Assembly (NCBI GenBank): GCA_047601445.1
Contig: JASGJH010000001.1
Span: 4,576,001 to 4,640,000 of the forward strand
Length of the DNA: 64,000 bases
Source: Myxococcales bacterium
GTDB lineage: Bacteria; Myxococcota_A; Polyangia; Polyangiales; DASUME01
Reading direction: 5' to 3'
The translations under genes were made by a program, and so were the position numbers. This document shows, in pieces, positions 17,619 through 26,418 of this stretch (its first letter is position 1; each line of letters begins with the position of its first letter). The notes under the pieces were generated by a model, which did not search any database, was not told the origin of the DNA, and saw only the letters and a list, made by a program, of their open reading frames with translations.

Positions 17619-18710
17619 TCACGGCGCGCGCGACGCGGCGCGCCGTAGTCCCATCTGCACCTCCGAGCCGGGCTCCGAGACGAAGCCGAACTTGGCGTAC
17701 ACGGCGTGCGCGTCGCGCGTGCGCAGCCCGATGTAGGCCAACGATCGCAGTCGGGGGTGATCGAGCAAGAGCTGCGTCAATGCCTGCCCCACCCCGCGCG
17801 CCCGCCACCCGGGATGCACGACCACGTCCATGATCCAGCCGAAGCGCGCGCCGTCGGTCACCGCGCGTGCACTCCCGATCGGCACACCATCGGGGTCTCG
17901 CGCCACGACCCAAGCTTGGGACCCGAGCTGCGCGGCGGCCATCACCGACGGGGAGAACTCGCGCGTCCAGTACTGATCGTCCAGGAGCGCGGCCACCGCA
18001 CGCGCGTCGTCGGCGTCGGGCGCGACGCACAGCTCGGTGCCCGCGGGTCCCCGTAGAAAGTCCGGCCGCGGACTTTCCGGATGGGCCTCCTTGATGGCGC
18101 GGATGGCCCGCATGTCGCTGGCCCCACCACGCTGCCATAGGCCCGCGAGGACCGACTCGATCTGCGAGCGCGAGCGGTGCTGTCCCAGCCGGAACTTGGC
18201 GCTCACCCGCTCGGGCACCAGCTCGGCCACGAACAGGTGCTCGATCACCTTGCGATAGCGCCGGTCGTCCACCGCGATGGGCGCATAGCCTCCTTCGGGC
18301 TGAAACCGTTCCATCATCGTCCTCAGGATGCGCGCGCGCCGCTCGAGATCCTCCACCAGCTGCACGTGCCCTTCGACGAGAGCGCTGATGAAATACGTCG
18401 ACGCAGGACACGCAAGCTCGGGGTGAATCCAATGGCTCGAGATTTGGGCCACCACTTCGTCGGTGCTCGCCACCGCGCGCCGCCCGACGAGCTCGAGCTT
18501 CTCGCCAGCATCGGCCCCGTGGAAGCACAGCCGACCATCCACCACCACCGCAGTGAAAGCGCGCAGGAGCGGCGTGCCGTCCGCGAGCACGCACGCGAAG
18601 CGCACGCAGGGGGCGCGCTCGAAGAGTTGCCAGGCCTGCGCCTCGTCGCGCCGAAACAGGGCCCGCTTGTGCTCACGCTGCTGCCGAAGATCGTCTGGCG
18701 AATCGAGCAT
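17619..18710 (-). CDS. FMN-binding split-barrel (PNPOx/NimA-like) plus GNAT acetyltransferase fusion
   Basis: N-terminal FHGA..GEK, ACPASTYFIS, AKFRLGQ; C-terminal ARAVTDG, DVVVHPGWRARGVG, TRDAHAVYAKFGF. Start placed at ATG 18710 to leave a divergent promoter. Confidence 0.85.
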   Translation of the reverse strand: MLDSPDDLRQQREHKRALFRRDEAQAWQLFERAPCVRFACVLADGTPLLRAFTAVVVDGRLCFHGADAGEKLELVGRRAVASTDEVVAQISSHWIHPELACPASTYFISALVEGHVQLVEDLERRARILRTMMERFQPEGGYAPIAVDDRRYRKVIEHLFVAELVPERVSAKFRLGQHRSRSQIESVLAGLWQRGGASDMRAIRAIKEAHPESPRPDFLRGPAGTELCVAPDADDARAVAALLDDQYWTREFSPSVMAAAQLGSQAWVVARDPDGVPIGSARAVTDGARFGWIMDVVVHPGWRARGVGQALTQLLLDHPRLRSLAYIGLRTRDAHAVYAKFGFVSEPGSEVQMGLRRAASRAP

Positions 18711-18728
18711 GGCTTCGAGTATGCTCGC

Positions 18729-18775
18729 AACTGGTCCATCGAGTAGATCCAGTTTCGACATTTCAAACAGACCAG
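18729..18775. promoter_or_regulatory. Candidate MocR operator in the divergent promoter
   Basis: AACTGG-N14-CCAGTT inverted repeat plus a third half-site GACCAG (18770-18775). Confidence 0.6.
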
Positions 18776-18783
18776 CCAATCCC

Positions 18784-20244
18784 ATGTCCAAACCCTACGT
18801 CCTGGAGCTCGCGACCGGCTCTTCCCCCCTGCACGTGCGCATCGCGCAGTCCGTGGCCAACGACATCGCGCGCGGGCGGCTCAAGGCCGGTGCGCGTCTA
18901 CCCGGCTCTCGCAGCCTGGCGCAGATGCTCGGCGTGCACCGCAACACGGTGAACGCCGCGCTCGCCGAGTTGACGGCCCAGGGCTGGGTGGAGCCGCAAC
19001 CCGCCCGCGGCTACTTCGTGCGCGAGCCCGATCCGAGCTTCGTGGCGCGCGATTCCCGTGTCCGCGAGGGCACCCCGGCCAGCGTGCCGGAGCGGCCTGG
19101 TTTCGAACTGGGTGCCGCAGTCCCACGCGAGGCGGTACGCGGCGAGTTGCCCAAGGCACTCATCCTCACCGGTGGCGTACCGGACCCCCGCCTGTTTCCC
19201 CACGCCCAACTGGCGCGCGCGTACCGTCGCGCCCTGAAGCACCGCGGACCGGCGCTGCTCGACTACGGCTATCCACAGGGAGAGCCGAGCCTACGCGAAG
19301 CGCTGGCCAACATGGTGCGCGAAAATCGCGGCATCGCAGCGCGCGCCGACGACGTGCTGGTCACGCGCGGCAGTCAGCAGGCCATCTGGCTCGCGGCCCA
19401 GGCGCTGTGTTCGCCGGGCGACCGCGTCGGCGTCGAAGAGCTCGGTTATCCCCCCGCCTGGGGTGCGCTGCGCATGGCGGGTGCTCAACTGGTACCGCTC
19501 GAGCTCGATCACGAGGGCGTGCGCGTGGAGTCGGTGGAGCGTGCGCTCGCGAGCGGCCCATTGAGAGCCCTCTACCTGACTCCGCATCATCAGTACCCGA
19601 CCATGGTAGCCCTCAGTCCGCAGCGTCGCTTGGCCCTGCTCGATTTGGCGCGCCGCCACCGCTTCGCCATCCTCGAAGACGACTACTCTCACGAGTTCCA
19701 CTACGAAGGGCGCCCGCGTCTGCCCATGGCGAGCTCCGACAGCCACGGCAACGTGGTGTATCTCGGGGGGCTATCCAAGATCCTCGCGCCAGGTCTCCGC
19801 GTGGGGTACGTGGTGGCCCCGCGCGCGCTCCTCGCGCGCATGGCGGACCTGCGCAGCCTCGTCGATCGCCAAGGGGACGCCCTAGGCGAAGCCGCCGTGG
19901 CGGAGCTCATTGCCGAGGGCGACGTCGCGCGCCACGCGCGAAAGATGCGTGAGATCTACCTGGCGCGCCGCTCCGTGCTGGTCGACGTGCTGCGGCGTGA
20001 GTTCGGGGACCGCATGTCGTTCGAGATTCCTCAGGGAGGCATGGCACTCTGGATCGAGGTGCGCGGCGTCAAGCCGAGCGCCTGGGCCGAGCGCGCGAAG
20101 GCGCGCGGCGTGTGGTTTCGCGCCGGCGTGGAGTTCTCGCTGGAGCACAAGACCTTGCCCTACGTGCGCATGGGCTTTACGCGACTCGATGAGAAGGAGA
20201 TCCACAAGGCCGTCAAAGAGGCCGCCAAGGCCTGGTCGGAGTGA
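18784..20244 (+). CDS. MocR/GabR-family regulator (GntR HTH plus PLP aminotransferase-like domain)
   Basis: GARLPGSRSLAQMLGVHRNTV HTH; VTRGSQQA, YLTPHHQYPT, ILEDDY, SKILAPGLRVGY. Start ATG 18784. Confidence 0.95.
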   Translation: MSKPYVLELATGSSPLHVRIAQSVANDIARGRLKAGARLPGSRSLAQMLGVHRNTVNAALAELTAQGWVEPQPARGYFVREPDPSFVARDSRVREGTPASVPERPGFELGAAVPREAVRGELPKALILTGGVPDPRLFPHAQLARAYRRALKHRGPALLDYGYPQGEPSLREALANMVRENRGIAARADDVLVTRGSQQAIWLAAQALCSPGDRVGVEELGYPPAWGALRMAGAQLVPLELDHEGVRVESVERALASGPLRALYLTPHHQYPTMVALSPQRRLALLDLARRHRFAILEDDYSHEFHYEGRPRLPMASSDSHGNVVYLGGLSKILAPGLRVGYVVAPRALLARMADLRSLVDRQGDALGEAAVAELIAEGDVARHARKMREIYLARRSVLVDVLRREFGDRMSFEIPQGGMALWIEVRGVKPSAWAERAKARGVWFRAGVEFSLEHKTLPYVRMGFTRLDEKEIHKAVKEAAKAWSE

Positions 20245-20422
20245 GACATGCATCAGCAAGGAGGACGCGCGTCTCGCGCACCCACGAGGCCGCACCGATT
20301 TGGTGACAACGAAGAGAAGGTCGACTGTTTCGGGGTGAATCCGCGCGCTGGCAGGTTGCGCGCCCTGGGGCATTCGAACTACCTGTCTGTCTCGTTGTGC
20401 TCGACCTTCCCCCGGAGCGTGG

Positions 20423-21097
20423 GTGACACGCGCGCTGAGCAGACTGTGGATCATCCTTGCGTGTGTTGCGCTGATGTCTGGCGCGGCTTCTCACGTGAGG
20501 GCCCAGGAAGATAGCTTGCCGAAGGTCAGCGTCGGCTTGCTCGCCGGTAGTGCGGGCACGAGCGCGGGCAGTCTCAAGGTGCGCGGCTACGAAGGGCACC
20601 TGCACAGGCGCGTCGGTTTTGCGCTGAGCGTGCCACTGCGGCTTGGTGGCGATCGCTTCGGCTTCGTCGTTGCGCCGATGCTGCAGACTTCGAAGATCTT
20701 CCACACGCGACGCGACGCCTACGGCAATCCCATCGGAAACCGCGAGGTGCACCTACTGGGGCTCGGTGGCTATCTCGGTCCTGCCTACACGGCGCGCCTT
20801 GCCCATCGGCTCTGGCTGAGCTTCGGACTCGGCATCAAGGCCCTCTATCTGCGCAACTCCGCCTTCCGCTACGCCGCGGACTTCTACGCGCGCGTGCCCA
20901 TCACGCTGCTCTTCTACGATACCGACAAGATCGCCCTGTGCGCCGAGATCGGGGCCGGCTACGGAGCGAGTGCGCTCGCCAACCTGCCACAGCCCGTGTT
21001 CAATCCGGTCACCAACAAGCTCACGTTGGGCGACGCCAATCCCAGCTTCGGCCTGGGCGCGACCTGGGACTTCGCGCTCGGCATCAGCTTCCCCTGA
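20423..21097 (+). CDS. Exported protein, probable small outer-membrane beta-barrel
   Basis: Signal peptide ending VRA; alternating aromatic/Gly strands; C-terminus WDFALGISFP. Confidence 0.6.
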   Translation: MTRALSRLWIILACVALMSGAASHVRAQEDSLPKVSVGLLAGSAGTSAGSLKVRGYEGHLHRRVGFALSVPLRLGGDRFGFVVAPMLQTSKIFHTRRDAYGNPIGNREVHLLGLGGYLGPAYTARLAHRLWLSFGLGIKALYLRNSAFRYAADFYARVPITLLFYDTDKIALCAEIGAGYGASALANLPQPVFNPVTNKLTLGDANPSFGLGATWDFALGISFP

Positions 21098-21112
21098 GCT
21101 TTCGACGGGAGG

Positions 21113-22156
21113 CTAGCAGCGCGCCGCGAGCTGCCCGCAAGCCGCGGCAACGTCGCCGCCGCCGCTGTAGCGCTGGTGGGTACGGTAGCCGGTGCTCTGC
21201 ACGCCTCGCACGAACTCCGCCATGCGCTCGTCGCTGGCGCGCTGGAAGGGATCGTCGCTGGCGTCGATGCTGTTGTAGGGGATCACGCTCAGGCGTGGTC
21301 GCACACCGGTGCGCTCCCAAAAGGCCCGCGCCGTGGCACCGAGCGCCGCACCATCCTCGAACGCGTCGTTCACACCTTGTAGCGGCGTGACGGCCCACAA
21401 GGGCGCGAGCCCGGTGGTGGTCGCGTGTTCGGCCACCGCGTCGAGCACCTCCTCGAAGGGATGCGCGTTGGAGATCGGCATCAAGAGCTTGCGCTTCTCC
21501 TGCCGCACGTTGCCGATGGAGAGCCCGAGCCGCACCTTGGGTGCTTCGCGCGCGAGCCGGCGAATGCCCTGCGGCAAGCCCGACGTGCACACCGTGATGT
21601 TCCGCTGATCGATCGCGAGTCCGCATGGCTCACGCAGCACCTCGATGACCTCGAGTACACGATCCAGGTTGGCCATGGGCTCGCCCATGCCCTGGAAGAC
21701 CACGCCGTGAACCCGGCCTTCGCTCAAGTGCCTGCGCACCGTGCGCACCTGCTCCACGATCTCCCAGGTCTCCAGGTTGCGCGTGAGGCCCATACGCCCG
21801 GTCGCGCAGAACTTGCAGCCCAGTGCGCAGCCCACCTGCGAGCTCACACAGACCGAGAAACGCCCCTGCTTCTCGAGCGGAATGCGCACGGTCTCGACCA
21901 CATGCCCATCGTGGGTCTTGAGCGCGTACTTCACGAAGGGATCGATCTGGCTCTTCTTCTCGGCCACCAGCTCGAGCGCAGGCACGTGCGTCTCGCTGCG
22001 CACCTTGTTCATGCTGTCGCGGCGCACCCCCTGCAGTGGCGTCCCCGGCGCGTCCTCGCGCTGCACCGACGCGTGCACCTTGCGGGCCTCGGTCAGCTCG
22101 ATGGAGAGCTCGCTGGCGAGTCGTTCGGGGGTCAGACCTTGCAGAGCGTGGGGCAC
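21113..22156 (-). CDS. rlmN: RlmN/Cfr-family radical SAM RNA methyltransferase (possibly a paralogue)
   Basis: VETV, CVSSQVGCALGCKFCATG, FQGMGEP and AACGQL; both catalytic Cys are present; N-terminus is divergent. Confidence 0.85.
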   Translation of the reverse strand: MPHALQGLTPERLASELSIELTEARKVHASVQREDAPGTPLQGVRRDSMNKVRSETHVPALELVAEKKSQIDPFVKYALKTHDGHVVETVRIPLEKQGRFSVCVSSQVGCALGCKFCATGRMGLTRNLETWEIVEQVRTVRRHLSEGRVHGVVFQGMGEPMANLDRVLEVIEVLREPCGLAIDQRNITVCTSGLPQGIRRLAREAPKVRLGLSIGNVRQEKRKLLMPISNAHPFEEVLDAVAEHATTTGLAPLWAVTPLQGVNDAFEDGAALGATARAFWERTGVRPRLSVIPYNSIDASDDPFQRASDERMAEFVRGVQSTGYRTHQRYSGGGDVAAACGQLAARC

Positions 22157-22185
22157 GGCGGCCGAGGCTTAGCACGCTTCTCTCA

Positions 22186-22268
22186 CGGGGAGGTCCCGCG
22201 ACCTCCCCGCCCCTTCGCAGCAAAGCCGCGACGGCTCCCATCCCTCCGCGAGGTTCGCGGTGCTCACG
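22186..22268. repeat. Dispersed palindromic element, copy 2
   Basis: CGGGGAGGTCCCGCGACCTCCCCG...CGCAGCAAAGCCGCG...CCGCGAGGTTCGC..GCTCACG, colinear with 17337-17418. Confidence 0.8.
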
Positions 22269-22288
22269 ACGTGCTCTGACGCAGCGGA

Positions 22289-22600
22289 CTAAACCAGCGA
22301 ATCCAAAAGCGATGTCAGCTCGGTCAGGGCGTGCTCGTTGCCCGCTTTCTGGGCCGCCACCAGCCCCCGCTGAGCGAGCTCCTTGGCGCGCGCCACGTCC
22401 CCGGACTGCTGTGCGAGCTGGGCCGCCATCAGGTAGCTCGGCACGTAGTCCGCGAACCCCTCGGTCACGCCGACCATGGCTTCGAGCGCCTCCGCGTCGC
22501 GCCCGAGGGAGCGCAGCTCGAGAGCGCGTGCGTAGTGATGGAAAGGATCCTTCGAGCCTTCCCCGATCAGCTTGTCGAACAGAGCCAGTCGCTTGCTCAT
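22289..22600 (-). CDS. Small TPR protein
   Basis: [21 protein letters not shown] helical-repeat pattern; ATGA overlap with hpt. Confidence 0.8.
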   Translation of the reverse strand: MSKRLALFDKLIGEGSKDPFHHYARALELRSLGRDAEALEAMVGVTEGFADYVPSYLMAAQLAQQSGDVARAKELAQRGLVAAQKAGNEHALTELTSLLDSLV

Positions 22601-23157
22601 TGGATCGATCCCGCCTTGGAGCCCGGAGAGGTCTGTCGCACGAAGCCCACGAACGGCAAGTTGCGGTAGCGCTCCGCCCAGTCGAGCCCGTAACCGACCA
22701 CGAACACATCATCCACGCGGAAGCCCAGGTAATCGATGTTGGAGTCGACCCGTGCGCGCGAGGGCTTGTGCAGCAGGGCGCACACCTTCACCGAGCGCGG
22801 CCTGCGCGTCTCGAGGTTCTTGCGCAGGTACTCGAGCGTGAGCCCGGTGTCGACGATGTCCTCTACGATCAGCACGTCCTTGCCCTCGATGGGCCGCGTG
22901 AGATCGCTGGTGATCTGCACCACGCCGCTCGAGCTCTGGCTGTCGCCATAGCTCTTGAGCCCCAAGAACTCGATGGCCAGCGGGAGCTCGATGGCGCGCG
23001 CGAGATCGGCGCAGAACACGAAGCTGCCCTTGAGCACGGACACCAAGAGCAGCTCGCGACCCGCGTAGTCCTGGGTGATCGTTCGCCCCAAGATCGCGAT
23101 GCGTTCCTGGATGGCTGCCTGGCTGATCAACACGTCGACTTCCGGGGCGTAATTCAT
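22597..23157 (-). CDS. hpt: Hypoxanthine phosphoribosyltransferase
   Basis: [26 protein letters not shown] (PRPP site), [15 protein letters not shown]. Confidence 0.96.
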   Translation of the reverse strand: MNYAPEVDVLISQAAIQERIAILGRTITQDYAGRELLLVSVLKGSFVFCADLARAIELPLAIEFLGLKSYGDSQSSSGVVQITSDLTRPIEGKDVLIVEDIVDTGLTLEYLRKNLETRRPRSVKVCALLHKPSRARVDSNIDYLGFRVDDVFVVGYGLDWAERYRNLPFVGFVRQTSPGSKAGSIQ

Positions 23158-23172
23158 GGCCCGAACCATAGC

Positions 23173-23919
23173 TCAGCTGGCGCTGCGCAAGGTGAGCTCA
23201 CGCAACAGTCGTAGCCCCACGCGCAGCGCGGCGGGCGCCTGAACCACGGCGGGCCACAGCAAGACCGCGGCAAGCAGCAAGAACAGCGGCTGCGCCAGGG
23301 CGGGTCCCACGGCCTGACCGGCGGCGCGCCCGAGTCCACGTCGGACCAAGGCGAGCGCGGCCTCGACGACCAAGCAAGCACACAGGAGCGGGAGCCCGAC
23401 CGCCAGCGAGAGCGCCAGCGCCTCCCCCACCAGGCGCACGACCCCTAGCCCGAACGCCGCCGAATCGAAGCCGGCCCGGCCGGGCGGAGCCAGAAGCACA
23501 CTCTGTTGCAGACCGATCACCAGGCTCCGTTCCAGCCCGAGGTTCAGACACAGCACGAGAGCAGCGAGCACATAGGCGGTCGCGATGGGCCCCGAGCGGG
23601 CACGGGAAACGCCGGACCAGGCCAGCTCGGAAAAGCGCGCCGCCCAACCGAACGCCGCCAGCGGCAGCAGCAGCGCGAGGGCGGCCAGCGACCCCAGGCA
23701 CAGCTCCCGAGTGATCGACAGGACCAGGCTCGCGGGTCGCAGCAGGGCCGACGGATCGGGCAAGGGGCCCACGCCGAGGGAGAGACCCACGCTGAGCGCC
23801 AAGCCGGCGGAGAGCGCCACCAGCCATCCCACGAGGCCCCGACTGAGTGCCACTAGCAGCAGGATTAGCGGGAAAATCCGCGCGAAGAGCAGGCCGAGGA
23901 TCAGCAGCGAGGCGTTCAT
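23173..23919 (-). CDS. Divergent FliR/SctT-like export-gate membrane protein
   Basis: 248 aa, very hydrophobic; LFAR at the N-terminus, RELCLG, ALSLAVGLP..CLVVEAALALVRR; directly downstream of a FliQ-like gene. Confidence 0.65.
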   Translation of the reverse strand: MNASLLILGLLFARIFPLILLLVALSRGLVGWLVALSAGLALSVGLSLGVGPLPDPSALLRPASLVLSITRELCLGSLAALALLLPLAAFGWAARFSELAWSGVSRARSGPIATAYVLAALVLCLNLGLERSLVIGLQQSVLLAPPGRAGFDSAAFGLGVVRLVGEALALSLAVGLPLLCACLVVEAALALVRRGLGRAAGQAVGPALAQPLFLLLAAVLLWPAVVQAPAALRVGLRLLRELTLRSAS

Positions 23920-23961
23920 TCGAGGGCGAGTTCGGCGCGCACAAGCGCACGCCGGGAGGCG

Positions 23962-24228
23962 TCAGTGCACCAAGGCGGGCAGATCGTGGAGCAGCCGGCT
24001 AGTGAAGCTCACCAACTGCTGGGCCATCCATGTACCGGCGAGCCCCAACGTGAGGAACACGGCCAGCGATCGTGGGATGGCGTTGAGTGCGGGATCACCG
24101 AGCTGGCTGAAGGCCTGCCCCAGTCCCACCAGCAGCGCGACCACGAAACCCACCCCCAGCACTGGCAGCGAAACCCACAGAGACAGGTACAGCGCGTCGG
24201 TGAGGGTACGCGTAAGCAGGTCGTGCAC
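23962..24228 (-). CDS. FliQ/SctS-like export-gate protein
   Basis: 88 aa; ALYLSLWVSLP..VVALLVGLGQAFSQLGDPALNAIPR resembles the FliQ/SctS QAxTQxxEQTL..PK motif; GTWM near the C-terminus. Confidence 0.8.
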   Translation of the reverse strand: MHDLLTRTLTDALYLSLWVSLPVLGVGFVVALLVGLGQAFSQLGDPALNAIPRSLAVFLTLGLAGTWMAQQLVSFTSRLLHDLPALVH

Positions 24229-24349
24229 AAGCCGAGGCTAGCGGGTCCCGCCCCCCAGAACCAGTCAGTATCCGAGCCCAACCCTGCAAAAGGTCGCGAC
24301 CTCTGGCACAAAATCAGTACACTTGGTTCAGGACTTACGAGGCTCGCTT

Positions 24350-24709
24350 TTGGCTGACGATCAGCGCAAGCACGACGGCGACGATTCAGACGACGGTTCC
24401 TCCGGCAATGCCGCGGACGATCCCACCGCCGTGTGGGATGCGGAAGCGTTGCGCAAAGCAGGCCTCGATGAGCTAGGCCCGCTGCCGGAGCACGTTCAAA
24501 CGGCCCCGGCCACGCACGCCACGGACGCCAACCGCACGGCCCCGAGCATGGTGGTCGATCCGCGCGCCACGGGCGCTCACGAGGCACCGCGCCCCGCAGC
24601 CGCTGGTTCCGCGAAGGAAGCTAGCAAGGAGCTCAGCTGGCCCGCGACCATGGGACTCGCGCTCGGCCTGGGCGGCCTCGTGTACCTGCTCATCCGCTTC
24701 CTGCGCTGA
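24350..24709 (+). CDS. Hypothetical protein with a C-terminal membrane anchor
   Basis: Acidic low-complexity N-terminus with DPTAVWD; single TM plus basic tail at the end. Start uncertain (TTG 24350 or 24323). Confidence 0.6.
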   Translation: MADDQRKHDGDDSDDGSSGNAADDPTAVWDAEALRKAGLDELGPLPEHVQTAPATHATDANRTAPSMVVDPRATGAHEAPRPAAAGSAKEASKELSWPATMGLALGLGGLVYLLIRFLR

Positions 24710-24788
24710 GCACGTTCCGCAACGCAACGCCGAACGAGCCCGACCACGCGCACTCGCGCGAAGCGGGCCCAGGTGGCTCACGCCGGTG

Positions 24789-26354
24789 TCAACCGCCAGG
24801 CTGGAAGACCAGCGGGAACGCGAACTCGGATTCGCCGCTCGATGCCGGAAAACGCCAGCGCTTGACGGAGCTCTTGAGGCAGTCGTTCATGCCCCCGAGG
24901 CCGTTGCCCTGGGTCACGACGCCCTTGACGGATCCGCTCTCGCCCACCGTGACGTTGACGGTGACCTTGATGGTGTCCTGCTGTTGTCCGCCTGCTGCGC
25001 GCAACGCCGATTCGTAGCAGCGCTGCAGTGCGCTCTTGTTGTTCTGTACCACGCCCATCAACTGCTGGGCGGTGAGCGCCGGACCCGAGGCGACGGGGGC
25101 TTCGCTCTTGCCTCCGCCTTGAAGCTTGCCCATGGAATCGGCGCCGCCCATGCGCTCCAGCATGCGGCGCTGCTCGTCGGTGAGGTTGTCCTTGGGCGCC
25201 GGTGCCTTCACCTCGGTCTTGGCGCCGCGCGTGCCGCCGGTCTTGGTCTCGGCCTTCGGGGCTTCGGTGGTGGGCGTGGGCTCCGTCGGAACCTCGGCCA
25301 CGATGTCGTTCTTGGCCAGCTCGACCGGCTTGGGCTGCTCCTGCGGAGCAGGCTGCTCTGCCACCGGCACCGGCGCGGGCGTGCCCCAGGTGTTGCGATA
25401 GAGCATGGGCCCGCCGACCAACAAGATGCCCGCCAGCAAGCCCACGGCGATGCCTGTGGTGAGGCCTGAGCTGCCCTTGCCTCCAGCACGGGTCTGCGAT
25501 GGGACGCTCGGCGCAGGAGCTGGTGCCGGCGCCGCGGCCACCGGAACGGGCATCGGCACGGGCGCCATGATCTTGGGCGAACTCGGTGCATTGGTCGGGG
25601 AGCGCAAGGCCGCCGCCGCCAGGCCCGCACTGAGAGGCGAATTGGCCCCGCTCATGTCCGCGATGCGGGTGGGCTCGGCGCCGTCGTCGTCGAACTCTTC
25701 GCCCTCGAGGGGCATCATGGAGGTGCGCGCACCCTGCGGAGCGCCGAACGACGGAGCGCGCGAACGCGCGGGCCGGAGCGAGCGCCCATCGCGCGGACGC
25801 CGCATCAACGCCGCCAGCTCCGGTAGCTCGCCGAGCGGCCGCCAGTCGTCCATGCCTTCACGCCAGCACAGGGAGTCCGCGGTGACCGCGCCGGCCTCGA
25901 TTTTGCGGCCGAGTTCGTCGCGCGTCATGGGACCCACGGGCACGTCCTGGATGGCCACGTGCCAGAGGTCGTACGGAGCCGTGCGCTGCGGTACCTCGGG
26001 CGGCGCGGCTGCGTGACGTCGGAAGTCCGCGCTCAGCGCCGAAGGCGGCTGAGAGCGGGTGGTGAGCCCGCGCGTGGATGGAGGCGCGGGGATGCCAGGC
26101 GCGCGCGGAGGCTTCGGCTGCACATGCGCGCCAGAACCGCCGCGGCCCGGGCCCGGGATCACGGACACACCGCCGCGACGGGGAGCCTGCGTGCTCGCCT
26201 GCGGCGCAGGCGGATTGGAGGCGGCGGGCATGCTGTGGCCGTCGATCAGGATGTCGTGATCGCAGCGCCGGCACTTCATGCGGAGCGTGCGCCCGGTGAC
26301 CTTTTCATCGGCGATCTGGTACTTCGCCTTGCAGTTTCCACAGAGAAACTTCAT
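24789..26354 (-). CDS. GltJ/AgmX-like protein (Zn-ribbon, GYF_2, TM, TonB-C-like AgmX/PglI domain)
   Basis: MKFLCGNCKAKYQI..MKCRRC; WHVAI..VGPM..LCWREGMDDW; TM; LQRCYESAL..DCLKSSVKRWRFP..FPLVF. Start ATG 26354. Confidence 0.85.
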   Translation of the reverse strand: MKFLCGNCKAKYQIADEKVTGRTLRMKCRRCDHDILIDGHSMPAASNPPAPQASTQAPRRGGVSVIPGPGRGGSGAHVQPKPPRAPGIPAPPSTRGLTTRSQPPSALSADFRRHAAAPPEVPQRTAPYDLWHVAIQDVPVGPMTRDELGRKIEAGAVTADSLCWREGMDDWRPLGELPELAALMRRPRDGRSLRPARSRAPSFGAPQGARTSMMPLEGEEFDDDGAEPTRIADMSGANSPLSAGLAAAALRSPTNAPSSPKIMAPVPMPVPVAAAPAPAPAPSVPSQTRAGGKGSSGLTTGIAVGLLAGILLVGGPMLYRNTWGTPAPVPVAEQPAPQEQPKPVELAKNDIVAEVPTEPTPTTEAPKAETKTGGTRGAKTEVKAPAPKDNLTDEQRRMLERMGGADSMGKLQGGGKSEAPVASGPALTAQQLMGVVQNNKSALQRCYESALRAAGGQQQDTIKVTVNVTVGESGSVKGVVTQGNGLGGMNDCLKSSVKRWRFPASSGESEFAFPLVFQPGG

Positions 26355-26418
26355 CGGATTCCTCGAAACAGGTGGTCCTGGGCACGAGCGCGCGGGTCGC
26401 GGCAAATCTGGCTTCGAC

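Noticed and set aside
21113..22156. Cfr-type antibiotic resistance methyltransferase
   Set aside because: The motifs fit the RlmN/Cfr family generally, but the chromosomal housekeeping context and lack of mobile elements give no support for Cfr. Phylogeny is needed.
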